Of a DNA stretch of 64,000 nt, positions 38,696 to 52,297 are shown piece by piece. The notes under the pieces are model-generated. The model made no database searches and was not told the DNA's origin. It saw nothing but the letters and a program-made list of their open reading frames with translations. The stretch lies in the NCBI RefSeq assembly GCF_009914755.1, contig NC_060929.1; one strand, 5' to 3'. The translations under genes and the position numbers were made by a program. The first letter of the stretch is position 1. Every line of letters starts with the position of its first letter. The DNA is from the human T2T-CHM13v2.0 reference genome, Homo sapiens.

Positions 38696-39312
38696 TGTTG
38701 GGATGATCAGACACAACACCAGGCCATGGGGGCTACGAAGTCCATTGGAGTCAAAGGAATGAGACAAGACAAGTTAAGAGTGAAAGTGGGTCCAGGGGGC
38801 CAATGCTAGTGTGGAGGCTGCAAAGGTCCCAAGCTCTGGGAGACCACACTATTTATTGGTGATCAAACAAAGAAGCAGGCAGTGAGGACATGGGGGTCAA
38901 AAGGAAGTGGTGCATCAAGCATTTGATCTATAGTTGTGTCAGTTTAGCATTTTCTTTGAAGCCTATGGAACATGTTTGGCTACTCGAGATAATGGGGAAC
39001 ATGTCCTTCTAACTCAAGATACAATTGATTTATGATCCTGGGAGAGCAAGAAGTAAGGAGCCAGCAAGTCTGAACACATTCCAGAGGCCACGAGGGGTTT
39101 TATGCCCTGAGCCCTGGATTCCATCCAAGCCACAAGGGGTTTAATGCTCTGGGCTTAAATTGTAGTGCGGCAGGGCAGCCTTCCACCCTTAAGCACAGAG
39201 CTTGGTGTTCCATAGGCCACGAGGGGTTTTAGACCCTGGACCCAGGACATGTTCCAGGACTTTTTATATTATGTCAAGACTAGCAAGTCCTGCCTTAGCT
39301 CTTCTACCAACA
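38696..39312 (-). mobile_element. LTR14B-like ERVK (HERV-K14/HML-1) solo LTR
   Basis: TGTTGG...CCAACA termini, TSD CAGCT (38691-95, 39313-17), 617 bp, internal 'gccacgaggggtttt'-type repeats. Confidence 0.85.
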
Positions 39313-40258
39313 CAGCTCCTTTGGGTAAATACCAAGGAGCATGATTGCTAGATCATATGGTAAGAGTATATTTAGCTGTGTAGGAAACACCCAAACTGTC
39401 TTCCGAATGGGCTGTACCATTTTGCATTTCTCCAGCAGTGTCTGAGAGTTTCTGCTGCTCACATCCTTGTCAGCATTTGGTGTTGTCAGTGTTCTGGATT
39501 TTGGCCATGCTAATAGGTATGTAGTGGTATCTCACTGTTGTATTAACTTGCATTTCCCTGATGACATGGGATGTGGAACATCTTTTAATAAGCTTATTTG
39601 CCACCTGTATATCTTCTTACATTAGGTGTCTGTTAAGATCATTGGCCCTTTTTAAAATCAAACTTTTTGCTTTTTATAGTTAAGTTTTAAGAGTTCTTTA
39701 TATATTTTGGTTAATAGTCTTTTATCAGATATGTCTTTGCAAATATTTTTTCTCAGTCTCTAGCTTGTCTTGTCATTCTCTTGATAGTGTCATTCACAAA
39801 GCAGACTATTTTAATTTTAATAAAGTCCGATTTATCAATTCTGTCTTTAATGGACCATGCCTTTGGTGTTGTGTATAGAAAGTGATTACTGAAGCATTGG
39901 TTATCTGGATTTTCCATTATGTTATTTTCCAGGATTTTTATAGTTTCACATTTCACATCTAGATCTGTGATCCATTTTGAGTTAATTTTTGTGAAGACCA
40001 GAAAGTCTATGTTTAGATTTATTTTTTGCATGTGAATAACCAGTTGTTCCAGCACAATTGGTTGACAGAGAGTACCTTTTCTCCATTCTATTGCCTTTAC
40101 TTCTTTGTCACAGATCAGCTGACCAAATTTATGTGGGTCTATTTCTGGGATCTCTGTTCTATTCTATTGATCTATTTGTCTGTTCTTTTGCCAATACCAC
40201 AATGTCTTGGTTACTGTAGCTTCAAGTCAGGCAGTGTCAGTCTTCCAACTCTGTTCTT

Positions 40259-40558
40259 TCTTTTTTTTCTCTTTTTTGAGACAGAGTCTCACTCGGTCAC
40301 CCAGGCCAGGGTAGAGTGGTGTGATCTTGGCTCACTGCAGCCTCTGACTCCCAGGTTCAAGCGATTCTCCTGCCTTAGCCTCCTGAGTAGCTGGGACTAC
40401 AGGTATGCATCACCATACCTGGCTAAATTTTTGTATTTTTAGTACAGATGGGGTTTCACCATGTTAGTCAGGATGGTCTCGATCTCCTAACCTCATGATC
40501 TGCCTGCCTCAGCCTCCCAAAGTGCTGGGATAATAGGCATGAGCCACCGCACCTGGCC
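40259..40558 (-). mobile_element. AluSc-like
   Basis: Antisense Alu; TSD 'ccaactctgttctt' on both sides, within L1. Confidence 0.95.
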
Positions 40559-40744
40559 TCCCAACTCTGTTCTTATTCTTCAATATAGTGTAGGCTATTC
40601 TGGGTCTTTTGCCTCGGCCTATAAACTTTAGAATCTGCTTGTCTGGATAGAATTCCTTCAAAGTTTTTGGTTTCCTTATTTTACAAAAACTTATCTGGTT
40701 TTTCTTTCCTTCAGGTAATATTTTTGTTATAGTGAAATCCATGG

Positions 40745-40975
40745 CTCTGCTATTAAAAATGTGGTCTACGGATTGTTGGCTCCCATGAATCATTTGTTGC
40801 TGCTCCATTACATAAGTGCAGAAAGTGACAGCAACCACATGGAAGGTTTTATAGTAATTTAACATTGCTATGGCATCCATAAACATAGTTTTGTATTTTA
40901 CAAAAGTATCAGTCTGTGATCTATAGGAAATTAAAATTTTGGCCTTTGTGCACAAATAGTGCAAAAAAAGCATGG
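40745..40975 (+). mobile_element. MER5C-like hAT-Charlie MITE
   Basis: 'ctgctattaaaaatgtggtctacgga...ataagtgcagaaagtgacag...ttttatagtaatttaacattgc...ttgtattttacaaaagtatc'. Confidence 0.6.
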
Positions 40976-42407
40976 TTCTATGATACTATTTTTAAATTAG
41001 TTACTTGAAGATTTTCTCAAGCAGCTGGGAATTTGCTTGTGCTAACATCTAAAAATATAAATTAAGTGTTATTTTGATGTTTTAAAATTTTATATCCAGT
41101 GAAATCTCTTTGACTTAAACTATCCATCAATATGTAGATGTTTGGACAAAAATAATGATTAAGATACCAGAGATTTAAAATGAAAAGTCATTTGTCTCAG
41201 TCATAAACATTTCTATTAAATGCATTAATTTCTTTTTTATCAACGCTACTGAGTAAACATATTTGGATAAGGATTTCGCATCACCTTCTGGACTTTGATT
41301 CTCTCCACTGAGTATAAGTAGCACAGGGGAGAGGAATATATCTGTATTAATACTAGATGGTTTCCTCAAAACTGCACTTCTTAGAAATCATCTTCATTAT
41401 TTTGCTCATTTTTAGATTAGCACTAAAAATTCAGTAGAAAAATCTTACATTGGGGGAATCATAATAGTTTAATAAAATGTCATTCACCAGACAATATTTT
41501 TTCATTGTACAATAAACGTCAATTCAGTAAGACTGTTATGAACTCTTGGTGTACCAGAGAATCATTCAATGTGCTATAAGAGATTACAAATAAGTCAATG
41601 ATACTATCCTTTTCTGAAGAGATGACATACACAAACAAAAATGCTAATTACCAATTAAGGGGCCAATATGAAAATGAAGAAAAGCAAAGGTGGTGTAGAG
41701 GAGATACTTCCATGCTGCAAGACCTCAGAGCAAGGGAAAGAGGCTTCCAAAACAGAGTTAATTTAATAGTTTACTTCTATGTCCAGAATGTTCATCTTGG
41801 ACTTAAAAAGACCTGCAGGATTTGATTTGACAGGGGGAGAAGAGTTTAGAGCCATCCAAAATGGATTTTAGAAGTAGGAGATAGGACAAGACTGGAGCTT
41901 GGGGATTTGAAAGATGCCTAATAGAATAAAAGCTGTTTATTTAGAACTAAATGTGGAGGGGAGGGGATGAGGAGTAAAAGAGAACATTGGATTGTTGTCA
42001 GGTGTGTTTAATGATAACTTGGATGTTAAGATGGGGGCTTTTGGCTTTGAACCAAAAGCAAACAGGAAACTTCTTTAGTAGAAAAGCAGCAGAATAAAGG
42101 CAGTAGGTAATACACACTCTATACACTCTCTATATACACTCTGTGTGTGCACTTTCCAGCCAAACCTTCAGATAAAGATGGGGTTACAACAGATTTAAAA
42201 TTCTAAAGCTCTTGAGCATGAGTCAAGAGTCACTGATAAAGACCCATTTCTCAATTTCAATTGCCCGGGAACAGTGTGAGAAGGATAGTCAGAACTCTGG
42301 GGAAGTATATTTGTTCTCCATCAAAAGAAGTCAACTATATAATTATCACTCCACAGTTTCTAATTTGTGATTAAAGGTATGTATAGTTGATCTTACTTCC
42401 TGGAAAA

Positions 42408-42610
42408 CTAGAGAAGAAAATAAGGGAGAAATGGAGAAAGAAAAGGAAAAGAGAAGAAAGAAAGATAAAAAAAGGAAGACAGAGAGAGAGAAAGAAGAAA
42501 GAAAGAGAAAAAAATAAAGAGAAAGAAAGAAAAAAGGAAAGAGAAAGAAGGAAAGAAAGAAAGAAAGAAGAAATGAAGAAGGAAGGAAGGATGGAAGGAA
42601 GGGAGGAGAA
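42408..42610. repeat. A/G-rich low-complexity purine tract
   Basis: About 200 bp almost exclusively A/G (GAAA, GAAG units). Confidence 0.95.
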
Positions 42611-42619
42611 ATTATTAAG

Positions 42620-42803
42620 TATTAATACTTTAATACTGTATTAAGTATTACACATAATTTAAGAATTATTTAAAGTATACAGGAGGATGTGTGTAGGTTA
42701 TGTGAAAATACTATGCCATTTTATATAAGGAACTTGAGCATTTACAGATTTTAATATCCGCAGGGGACCTGGGGCCAATCCCTGTGATACCAGGGGATGA
42801 CTG
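42620..42803 (+). mobile_element. MER2 (TcMar-Tigger) terminal half
   Basis: 'tttaaagtatacaggaggatgtgtgtaggttat...gataccaggggatgactg' followed by TA. Confidence 0.85.
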
Positions 42804-44924
42804 TACACTGAAATGTTGTTAGCATAGCATACAGCCTATCCTTGTAAAGTTTACCAAATTTTCCAGCACTATGAGGAAATATCAGCTGTAAATACAAGCA
42901 CATTACTTTATGTAGGAATTATACTCAAGAGTAAGAAGTTACCCACTTTCATGCCATCTATGCTGAAGCCCAGAGAGAGCTCAGGACCTAAATTCTTTGC
43001 CCTAGAGAAGGCAGCTCTTTGACAGGACATACTCGGGTATCTGAGGAAAGAATGGGAAATGGGATAGAATTGTTAGCTGCTGCTGGATGACTCGGGGGGG
43101 GCCAAGGTCACACATCAGCCGCCATCAGTACAAGCGGGAATGGACCACAGGTGGAGGTAGGATAGCCACCATATTTGAAGAATTAAAGACCCTGGGTACA
43201 ACTGTTGTTCTATTACAATATTTCCTTGATTAAACAATACTTCAGACACCCAGTTTAAGTATTGCTTCTGGAACCATTCATCAGAATAAGTATATACCCA
43301 CATTTTATTACATCCTGCAATGCATCTGCCTATAAAATCAGCATTTTACATCCTTAGTACAAACCTTGGTACCCTGCACCACTAATCTGGGTCTGACCAC
43401 AAAGTTGTCCACATTAGGATGTTGCTCTATAAATTCAACCTTTCTGCAGCAACTCTCTTCCTGTGCAACTGAAAAGGTTTTAAAAATCTCAAAGCATCTG
43501 TTGGGTATTTTCTCTAAAAAAAAAAAAAAAAAAAGAGCAAATTTTCACACTTCCTCTTCAAATCACACAATTTGTCTGTAGAATGCTACATAATTCTTGC
43601 TGTTGCCCTCTACCTGCTTTTAACTGAGGCCATTTTTAACACACTGCTTTGTGCGTATAGATCCTACTAGCTCAGCAGTTTTAGAAGAATATATAATAAA
43701 AGAAGTAGCAAGGGTTTAATGCATTTACTTCTCTCCAAAGATTTTCCATATTGGTGACAAAAATGCTGTGTGCTTTAGTTAATGAACATAAATTGAATAA
43801 AATGAAACCACTGAAACACTCTGACAAGTATAGAGACACCAACATAGGAAGTCTTGCAATTTTCGTATTGTCCTTTCAATAAGCTTTTTACAATAGGAAG
43901 ATTGGAAGCTCATCTAAAGTATCCATTGATTAAGTTACCTTTGGGACAGTTCTGCTCTTCTGCCTCATGGTAATTGCCATATCATGCAAGATGTAAGCAA
44001 CGTGCTATTCTGCTTTCCTACGGAAGCAGGGAACGCTGGCTGTAGAGGATGCAGGACATCCTCTAGGCATATTGCAGGTTCTCTGCCTTTCTCTGCAACC
44101 TTGGAGTGCATAGAACTTTCAGTACTGGCATTTTCTAAGGCACTTGATGGCCTTTGTAAAACAAAGAGGAAGCACAATGTGTATCTTTTAACTCAATAAG
44201 GGTAGGTAGATTTTTAAAAATAATTTAAACATGTCATTTTATCTGTACTATTTGAAAAGACATTGTACTAAGTAATAACTCAAGGCTAAACATTAAATCT
44301 ATAGAGTTTCCTAAAAGGGATTCCTAGAAAACTTCTAAGAACAAAAAGAAAATAAAAAGCATGCAAGAAGCACCACATGACACATTAATTATTGGCAAAC
44401 AAAATAAACATTATAAAACTTCATTCTACCATTTTAATGTCATGGGCAAAATCTGTTTCTAAGAAATCCCAAGAATCCACAGACATGTTCTTTTGGGCAA
44501 CAAAAGAATCCTATTAAAAATGAAGGCATTAACAAATCCACATTCATTGGTAGAGTGGCTCATACATCTTCCATTTCTACTCTTATTTCTTCCTGGGAAT
44601 TGATAATTAAACTAAATTCTTTCTATAAACTTGAGTTAGTAGCTGGACTTGAGGGAAAAAAATGCATAACATTACTTTATAACACACAATTTTGTTGGTC
44701 AGCCTCTATTTTATCAAATTATTATACATCCAAAACTTAAAAGAATACAATCTAAACAAATTTAATAAATTCTCTATTTTCGAGTATATTTGATAGAAAA
44801 TGCTGGTGATATTAAAGACCTGACTTGGTTTGGAATTGAGAAAGGGAGTAAAGCATGCATGGTCAAAAGTCTAAGAAAGATACAGAAGTTGGAAGATGTT
44901 AGGGAGGCAAGATTGTCACAGTAA

Positions 44925-45166
44925 GAGCGCTGGCTTTGAAGGTGGAGGAGCAGCCTCTGAGCCAAGGAATGCAGGGGGATTCCTGTTCCAGAAGCTGGAA
45001 AAGGGAATCGATTCTCCCCTAGAGCCTCCAGGAGGGCAAGCCCGTCTGACACCTTGACGTTAGCGTCAGACTTCCAACCTCCAGAGCTGTGAACTAAGCA
45101 AGGTGTGTTGTTTTAAGTTCCTGAGTTTGTGGTAATTTGTTACAGCAGCCATAGGATGCTAATACA
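44925..45166 (+). mobile_element. MLT1D-like LTR, 3' half
   Basis: 'gagccaaggaatgcagg...ttctcccctagagcctccag...ggtaatttgttacagcagccataggatgctaataca'. Confidence 0.85.
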
Positions 45167-45329
45167 TCAACCAAAACCAGAACATGCGAGGGTCTGAAAA
45201 ATGAATTGCTGCCCGACTACCTTCATCAAAGAAACACATACACTTTTCACTGAATCACTGAAGAAAGGAAAATGTTGGGAGATGTCTAGATGGGATTGTC
45301 TTTTGATCGTAAGTCCCATGTGACCCAGA

Positions 45330-45740
45330 CCTGAGACAGTGGTGCCCTGACTTGTTTCTGGTCACTGTGTTTGCTATGGGTATGGTGAGGGGCCCAAGCC
45401 AGCCAACCATTCCAGTCAGTGAGACTTAATTGCCACACATTTGCTTGTGCCACTGGGGAAGAGGAATTCTCTCTGTAGTTGGATAGCTATTATGCTAAGC
45501 TAGATTGTAAGCCTGGAGCTGGGGAGGAGTAGCCATCCGGAGACCTCTAGGGGAGAACCTAAGTCCTTCTGAAAATGAAGCCAACACCAAAGAAAGCAGA
45601 GCTGAGAAGAGAAAAAAACGAGACTGAGATGATCCCGAAGATGTCATCTGTGCCCTTGAGTCATGTCTTGGCAGACTTAGATGCTCCAGTTCTACGGGCC
45701 AAAACATCTCCTCTTCTCATTTTACTCGCATCTAAGACTC
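45330..45740 (+). mobile_element. MLT1J/K-like old MaLR LTR
   Basis: 'tgtaagcctggagctg...aatgaagccaacaccaaagaaagcagagctgagaagag'. Confidence 0.6.
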
Positions 45741-48392
45741 CTCTGTGGGAAAGAAACAGTTCCTATTTTCTCTTTTCTACTTATATACACACCATTGCTG
45801 TCAGGGTGGGCATTCATGTATACAAATTGACCATTCAAAAAGATGGTGTAAAATAAAGGCACCTAAAAAACCCCCAAAAAGTCAGCAATGGCCCTCTAAC
45901 CAAATGTTTATTAGAAGAAGCCTGTGGTATTTAAAAGGATGAATATAACCCAAGAGATGAGTCCAGAAGAAGTCCAGACCCATCAGCACTTCAGAAAGGC
46001 TGAGAAACAACAGCAAAAAGCCATGGAAACCACAATTTTTGCTGCACGTAACTCTAAGCTTCAAAAAATGCTTTCTGTTTATTCTCCAATTCAGTAGATG
46101 GTCCCCCCCTGGGTTATACATAGGACTATATCATTATCTTCATTTTGCAGATGAGGAAGCTGATGTTTAAAGACATTATTTGTCTAGGTTATTGATCTAA
46201 GGCTGTCCTTGTGTTAGGCTTTATACCTGGACTCATTCCTGACCCCAAACTTTCCAAGGCTGAAACTTGTTTTCTACACTGGTGACAGTTCTTTACACCA
46301 CACAGTGTGCTATCTTAGTTATTTTTTTCCCTGTAACATAGGTGTACACTGAGTTCCCCTGGAAATACTTGGACAGGAAACATACCCTGTATAGGATGTT
46401 TCTTCGACAATCGACATTTAGAATAATGTGGTGTAGAATCAAATAGAATATTTATGTTTAGTGTTTCCTTAACCCAATAAGTGCTGAAATGCAAATCAAT
46501 AGAAGAGGCAGCCTGTTTCAGAATGAAAAGGAAGGGTGTTCATTTGTTTTACCACCTACTTCACTGTGACACAGCTTGTGGGCCAGACTGCAAACAAGAC
46601 CTGTCAAAAATCATGCATTGTTCTCTATCCTCCTTGGCTCCATGGTGGATTCCACCTGAAAGTCTCCCATCCAATTCCTGGCCAGGATTACTGTGTTAGA
46701 TAGAGAACTTAAATGCAGCAACTCCTTGGTGTCTCAAATACTGAGAGTGTGGGTTGTATAGGTTTTTCAAAAAGTGAGGGAAGTTCAATTTAGAAATGCT
46801 TCAGGAACAGAGGCAAATTTTCACTGTATTTACAACAGACATAAAGCATGACCCAAATTCATTTACTGGTGAATGAGCTTGAATGTCATGAACTTCAATT
46901 ACTTCTGTAGAACAGGGGCAAGAAGGCTTCTCCCATCTTCCTCCCAGATGTTTGCTTTGAATGCATAATGTTTCAAACACTGAAAAGAATTATATAAAAT
47001 TAGCACCATCAATAGTGTTGATACTGTTATGAGATGCTATTTGAAAAGGGCAGAGAGAACCAAATGAGTTTGCATAACTTTCAGTACTATAGATGACCCT
47101 CTTTGAACAAGAAGGCCATTTGTCTTCTACATTGGGGACATAGTCCTACTGACGGGAGCACAAAACAAGGATTGTTCTAGACAAGAGAGCTTGTTGATTG
47201 AGTCCAAATGTAAAGAAAGCTTTTTTAATATGAAGAATAAAATGCACAGAAGTTGATTAAAGTCTGGATTCTTTCCCTGGCAGGGGTTAGAATAATTTAT
47301 GCATTTTCCCTCTAAAGTTTCCTGTCTGATTACACCGAGGAGAACAAAGTCATTAAAGGCAATTACCATGTTAATAGACAAGAGATTGAGAATGCTGAAG
47401 GTTGGGTAAGTCCATCTTCCTGTCACACACAGTAGTTTTCCCTTCTGCCTGTAGGTTTCCAAATGAATATGAATTGGTAATCAGCATGTTTCATATTCAT
47501 AATGCAATCAAAATGCATATTTGATTGAATGCCTCATTTAATAAACCAAGAAAATATTCATAACAGTTGTGATACTTAGGGTTTTTAAAAAATTTTTATT
47601 GAGGTATAATTACATATAGTAAAATGTGCAGATCTTAAGTGCATACTGTGATATTTTTTAAAAATGTATGTACCTGTGGAAACAACATCCAGTAAAGACA
47701 TATAGCACTGCCTTCAACCTAGAAAGTCTTTCATGTTTATTGGCATATATTCTCTTTCGCATACCTAGAAAGACCACCATGCTGAACTATGTTCCCATAG
47801 ATTAGCTCTGCATGTTCTGGAGCTTCATAAAAAAGGAAATGTCTAGATATCATATCTAAGTCTGCCTGCTTTCACTCAGCATAGTATTTCTGGTATTCAT
47901 CCATGTTGTGTGCACCACTAGTTCATTTCTTTCTACTGCTATTATTCCATAGTATGAATATATCACAATTTGTTTATTTATTCTCCTGTTGATGGATTTT
48001 TGGATTGTTTAACATTCTTGCTATTATAAATAAAGCTGCAATAAACACTAGTGTACAAGTAGTTTGTGTAGGCATATGGTTTCATTTCTGCTAGAGAAAT
48101 ACCTTAGAGTTAAATTGCTGGATCATAAATAAGGTAGGTGCACATTTAATTTTATAAGAAACTACCAATTAGTTTTCTACAGAAGTTACACCATTTTGCA
48201 TTCCTACCTGTGAGCATGAGACATCCAGTTGCTCTATGTCCTGTCTGGCATTTGGTGTTGGAAGTCATTCAAATTTAAACCACTCTAGTGTCTGTATGGT
48301 GGTTTTCATTTGCATTTCCACGATGACTAATGGGGTTAAACATCTTTTCATGTCTTTTATGGTCATGTTTATATCTCCTTTTTTGGAATATC

Positions 48393-48908
48393 TGTGAAAG
48401 GAAAATAAATTTTGGGACTCCCAAATCACTAAGGGAAAGGGAAAAATCAAGCAGGGAATTGCTTAGGGCAAACCTGCCTCCCATTCTATTCCTAAAAAAA
48501 GGTAGCTACTAAGATAAAAAAGTGACATACCTCCCTCACAAGGAATTTCCTCCTGGACAAAGGACAGACAGAACTCAAAGTCATCCCTCTCTTCACTGAG
48601 ATAAATGCATATGTGATTGCCTCCTTTGGAAAGGCTAATCAGAAACTCAAAAGAATGCAGCCATTTGTCTCTTATCTATCTATGACCTGGAAGTCCCCTC
48701 TTCGCTTCCAGTTGTCCCACCTTTCCAGACGGAACCAATGTACATATATGATTGATGCCTCATATCTCCCTAAAGTCTACAAAACCAAGCTGTGCCTCGA
48801 CCACCTTGGGCACATGTCATCAGGTGTGTCATCGGCGTGTGTCCTTAACTTTGGCAAAATAACCTTCCTAAATTGACTGAGACCTGTCTCAGATATTTGG
48901 GGCTCACA
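48393..48908 (+). mobile_element. MER4A/MER4A1 ERV1 solo LTR
   Basis: 'tgtgaaaggaaaataaattttgggac'...'ggggctcaca'; 4-bp TSD TATC (48389-92, 48909-12). Confidence 0.9.
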
Positions 48909-49512
48909 TATCTATCCAACTCCTCTGAAAATTTTTACTGGATTGTCTGTCTTACTGTTTTTGACATGTAGCAGTTCTTTATGTAATTCAAATTCAAGTC
49001 CTTTGTCATATACAGGTAATGAACATTCCTCCTAGTCTATGATGCACTTTTTTTTTATTTTTTAACACTTTTGAAGAATAGAAATTTTTAATTTTCATGA
49101 ATCCAGTTTACTTTTCTTTTTTTCTAATAAAGTGTTTTGCAATCTCTCTGAGAAATGTTTGACTACATATATCACAAAAAGGATTTCCCTCAGGTTTTTT
49201 ATAGAAAGTTTCAAAATTTTAGCTTTTATGTTTCATCTGTAATCCATCCATTTCTGTTCATTTTCATGTTAGGGATAGATAAAATTTCAATTGTTTTTAT
49301 ACGAATAACCAGTTGTTCTAGCATGATTTGCTAAAAAAGACTTTCCTTTCCCTCATTGAATGACATTGGCACAATTGTCAAAATTAATCTTTCTGCATAT
49401 ATGCAGATCTGCTTTTGGACTCTATTCAGTTTCATTCATCTATCCTGAAACCAGATCGCACTATCCTGATGACACGGTAACTGTACAGTAACTCTTAAAA
49501 TGAGGACTGTGG

Positions 49513-49788
49513 GCGGTGGCTCACGCCTGTGATCCCAGCACTTTGGGAGGCTGAGGCGGGCGGATCACAAGGTCAGGAGATTGAGACCATCCTGGCTAAC
49601 ACCGTGAAACCCCGTCTCTACTAAAAATACAAAAACAAAATTAGCCAGGCGTAGTGGCCGGCGCCTGTAGTCCCAGCTACTCAGGAGGCCGAGGTGGGAG
49701 AATGGCGTGAACCCGGGAGGCGGAGCTTGCAGTGAGGCGAGGTCGTGCCACAGCATTCCAGTCTGGGCAACAGAGGGAGACTCCACTT

Positions 49789-49819
<31 letters not shown>
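49513..49819 (+). mobile_element. AluY, slightly 5'-truncated, pure A30 tail
   Basis: 'gaatggcgtgaacccgggaggcggagcttgcag'; TSD 'gaggactgtgg' (49502-12, 49820-30). Confidence 0.96.
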
Positions 49820-49825
<6 letters not shown>

Positions 49826-50046
49826 TGTGGACTGTGCATCCTCCAAGGTTATTCATTTTCAAGGTTGCCTTGCTTGTTCTGAGTCCTTTACCTTTCAATG
49901 TAAATTTTAGTATTGATTTTGGTGTTTGTAATTATCTCCAAAAGAAGTCTTCTGGGATTGTTAAGACATATTTTAAAAATTTATCTCCTTTATACTGACC
50001 TTCCAAACTACTACAGCAAATTGGGGTGGGGGTTGGGGGGTTAAAA

Positions 50047-50640
50047 CAACAGTTCTCACTGTGTTATACGAGAAAAACTGGAGACTCCAAATTTTTCTTA
50101 ATAATCCAAAATCAGTGTTTGGTTTCTCAATCTCATGAGTATACAGAATATAGAAAGATCATTGTTATGGTTTCAGATTTTACATTGCAAATAACCTTTA
50201 AAGAATTACTACATTTTGAGATTTGATGTGGTAACCAAAAAGACTATTTACAATTATCTGAGGAGGCCATTAAAATATTTCTCCCTTTTCCATCTGTATA
50301 TCCATAGTAAGCCAGATTTTCTTCATATATTTCAACCAAAATGACATAACACAACAGATTGAATGTAGAAGCAGATATGAGAATCCGGGCATCTTTTATT
50401 AAACCAAACATCAAATAGACTTGCAAAAATGTGAATCAATACCACCCATATCACTATTTTTTTTGGTTTGGGAAAATATACTTTTCATTAAAAAAAGTTG
50501 TGTATACAGTGATTGGCTTATTAAGTTTAAATAAATGAATACATGTTTTTAAATCCCTCAGTTTGAATTCCTCATGTAATAAAAACTGATAAATAAAACC
50601 TACATCAACCACAGCTCATGTGATTTTAAGCATATTTTGA
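50047..50640 (+). mobile_element. Charlie1-type hAT transposon remnant
   Basis: 'ccagattttcttcatatatttcaaccaaaatgacataacacaacagattgaatgtagaagcagatatgagaatcc' matches the Charlie1 transposase 3' end. Confidence 0.75.
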
Positions 50641-51900
50641 CAATTCTTGAGCAAATTCTAAAATACAATTTTCTCAGAAACTTATTTCTATGCATTTCAT
50701 TTTGAGAAGTGGTATTATATCAGGTTAGAAAGTAATAACAATGCCTTTCGTTTTAGATACATTCATTCCTTCATTCCTTTAGTTAGCACAAATTTTATGT
50801 ACACATAATCCATCTTCTAGAATATGTGCTTAATTCAGTAGAAGATGTACATAATTGGACTAATTTAATCCAAAGTAACATTTTTTATAACTCTGAGTAA
50901 ATAAAACCAGACAGGTCTGAGTATTTCTTTGTGTTAAAATGTTTGTACCCAAAGAATTCTATTTTTCTTCCTTCAATTTCTTCTCTGATAATTCTTTTCA
51001 AGAAAAAAACTAGATATTTAATTTAATTCATGAATTCTAAAATAGTTTGGATATTTTAGAAAACATTTGTGTATTCATACCAATGACAATTTCATCTTTC
51101 CCATCTCTCCCATCCTCCAAAACTGTAAAAACGTTAGCCATAAGTACTCTTGTTATGGATTCATTTATTCAATGAACACTTATGGAGTGATGTGATGGAA
51201 TTTGTCTGAAGGCTATCTGCATTCAATAAAGTAACTGTGAAATTCTTTCTAAAATAAACATTTCTTTTTTTAATGCAAAGAAAACTTGGAAAAACGAAAC
51301 CATCTAGTACGTACGTGGGTTTCTACGAAGTAAATTCCACTCCTATTTAAAATGACAACTCTACCTTTTCATTTTGAATCAACATCCTACACAAAATTAT
51401 ATCCTTTATCCAGATTCATATGTTCAAAGTCATATTCTTCATACAACAGAAAAGCTGTAAAAACACTCTTAACATTTTGTGCAAATCCAACTTCAACTTT
51501 AAAAAGAAAAATCTAAGATATAATAATTACTCCTACACAAAAATGACGACAACAGGCTCTGATATATAAATGGTTATAAGCTTGGGTGTCCATGTGCCTT
51601 GAGAGGCTGATCTTTGTCAAAGAACACAGCCATTTCCCTCACCAAGGCGAGGGTGCACAGGCACCTTCTCACATTCAGAGTAAAGAAAGCCTAGTGCTTT
51701 GGACCTAAGACATAGATATAGGGAATGGCATACCTGATACATCTCATTAAAGACACAGCAAGAGAAGAGGGTGGAACCACCCCGTGGAGGCCAGCCTTAG
51801 AACCTACAACCCTGCAAGAGGATGGCAAGTATGGGGATGACGTCAGCAGAATTACTGCAGCACTGAGAATGGTGAGAAAGAGAGAGACCTTAGAATCCCC

Positions 51901-52297
51901 TTATATAGTTTGGACGTTTGTCCCCTCCAAATCTCATGTTGAAATGTGGTTCCTAATGTAGGAGGTGGGCCTTGTGGGAGGTGTTTGGGTCATGAGGACA
52001 GATCCCTCATGGATGGCTTGGTATTGTCCTTGCAGTAATGAGTGAGTTCTTGCTCTGTTAGTTCGCACAAAAGAGCCCGATACCTCCTCCTCTCTCTCTC
52101 TTGCCATGTGATGTGCCAGCTCCTTCTTCACCTTCCACCATGATTGAAAGCTTCCTGAGGCCTCACCAGAAGCCCAGCAGATACCAGTGCCATGCTTGTA
52201 CAACCTTCAGAACCATGAGCCAAATCAACCTCTTTTCTTTATAAAGCTACCCAGTTTCCTGTATTCCTTTATAGCAACACAAAAATGGACTAACACA
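51901..52297 (+). mobile_element. MSTB-like MaLR solo LTR
   Basis: Ends 'aaatggactaacaca'; perfect 5-bp TSD TCCCC (51896-900, 52298-302). Confidence 0.92.

Larger units (their letters stand above)
37965..40645 (-). mobile_element. L1MC1/2-like LINE 3' portion with nested insertions
   Basis: 3' UTR 'aggtacagagatttcccatgtacc'; minus ORF 39753-40055 (TKINSKWITDLDVK...) is L1 ORF2-like; interrupted by an LTR and an Alu. Confidence 0.9.
47582..49965 (-). mobile_element. L1ME-type LINE 3' portion with nested MER4A and AluY
   Basis: 'tttttattgaggtataattacatatagtaaaatgtgcagatcttaagtg' L1ME 3' end; ORF2-like text resumes after each insertion. Confidence 0.85.

Noticed and set aside
40026-40973. 138-aa and 154-aa ORFs
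   Set aside because: Chimeric read-through of L1, Alu and MITE fragments
42387-42644. Lys/Arg/Glu-rich 85-aa ORF
   Set aside because: Translation of a purine low-complexity tract
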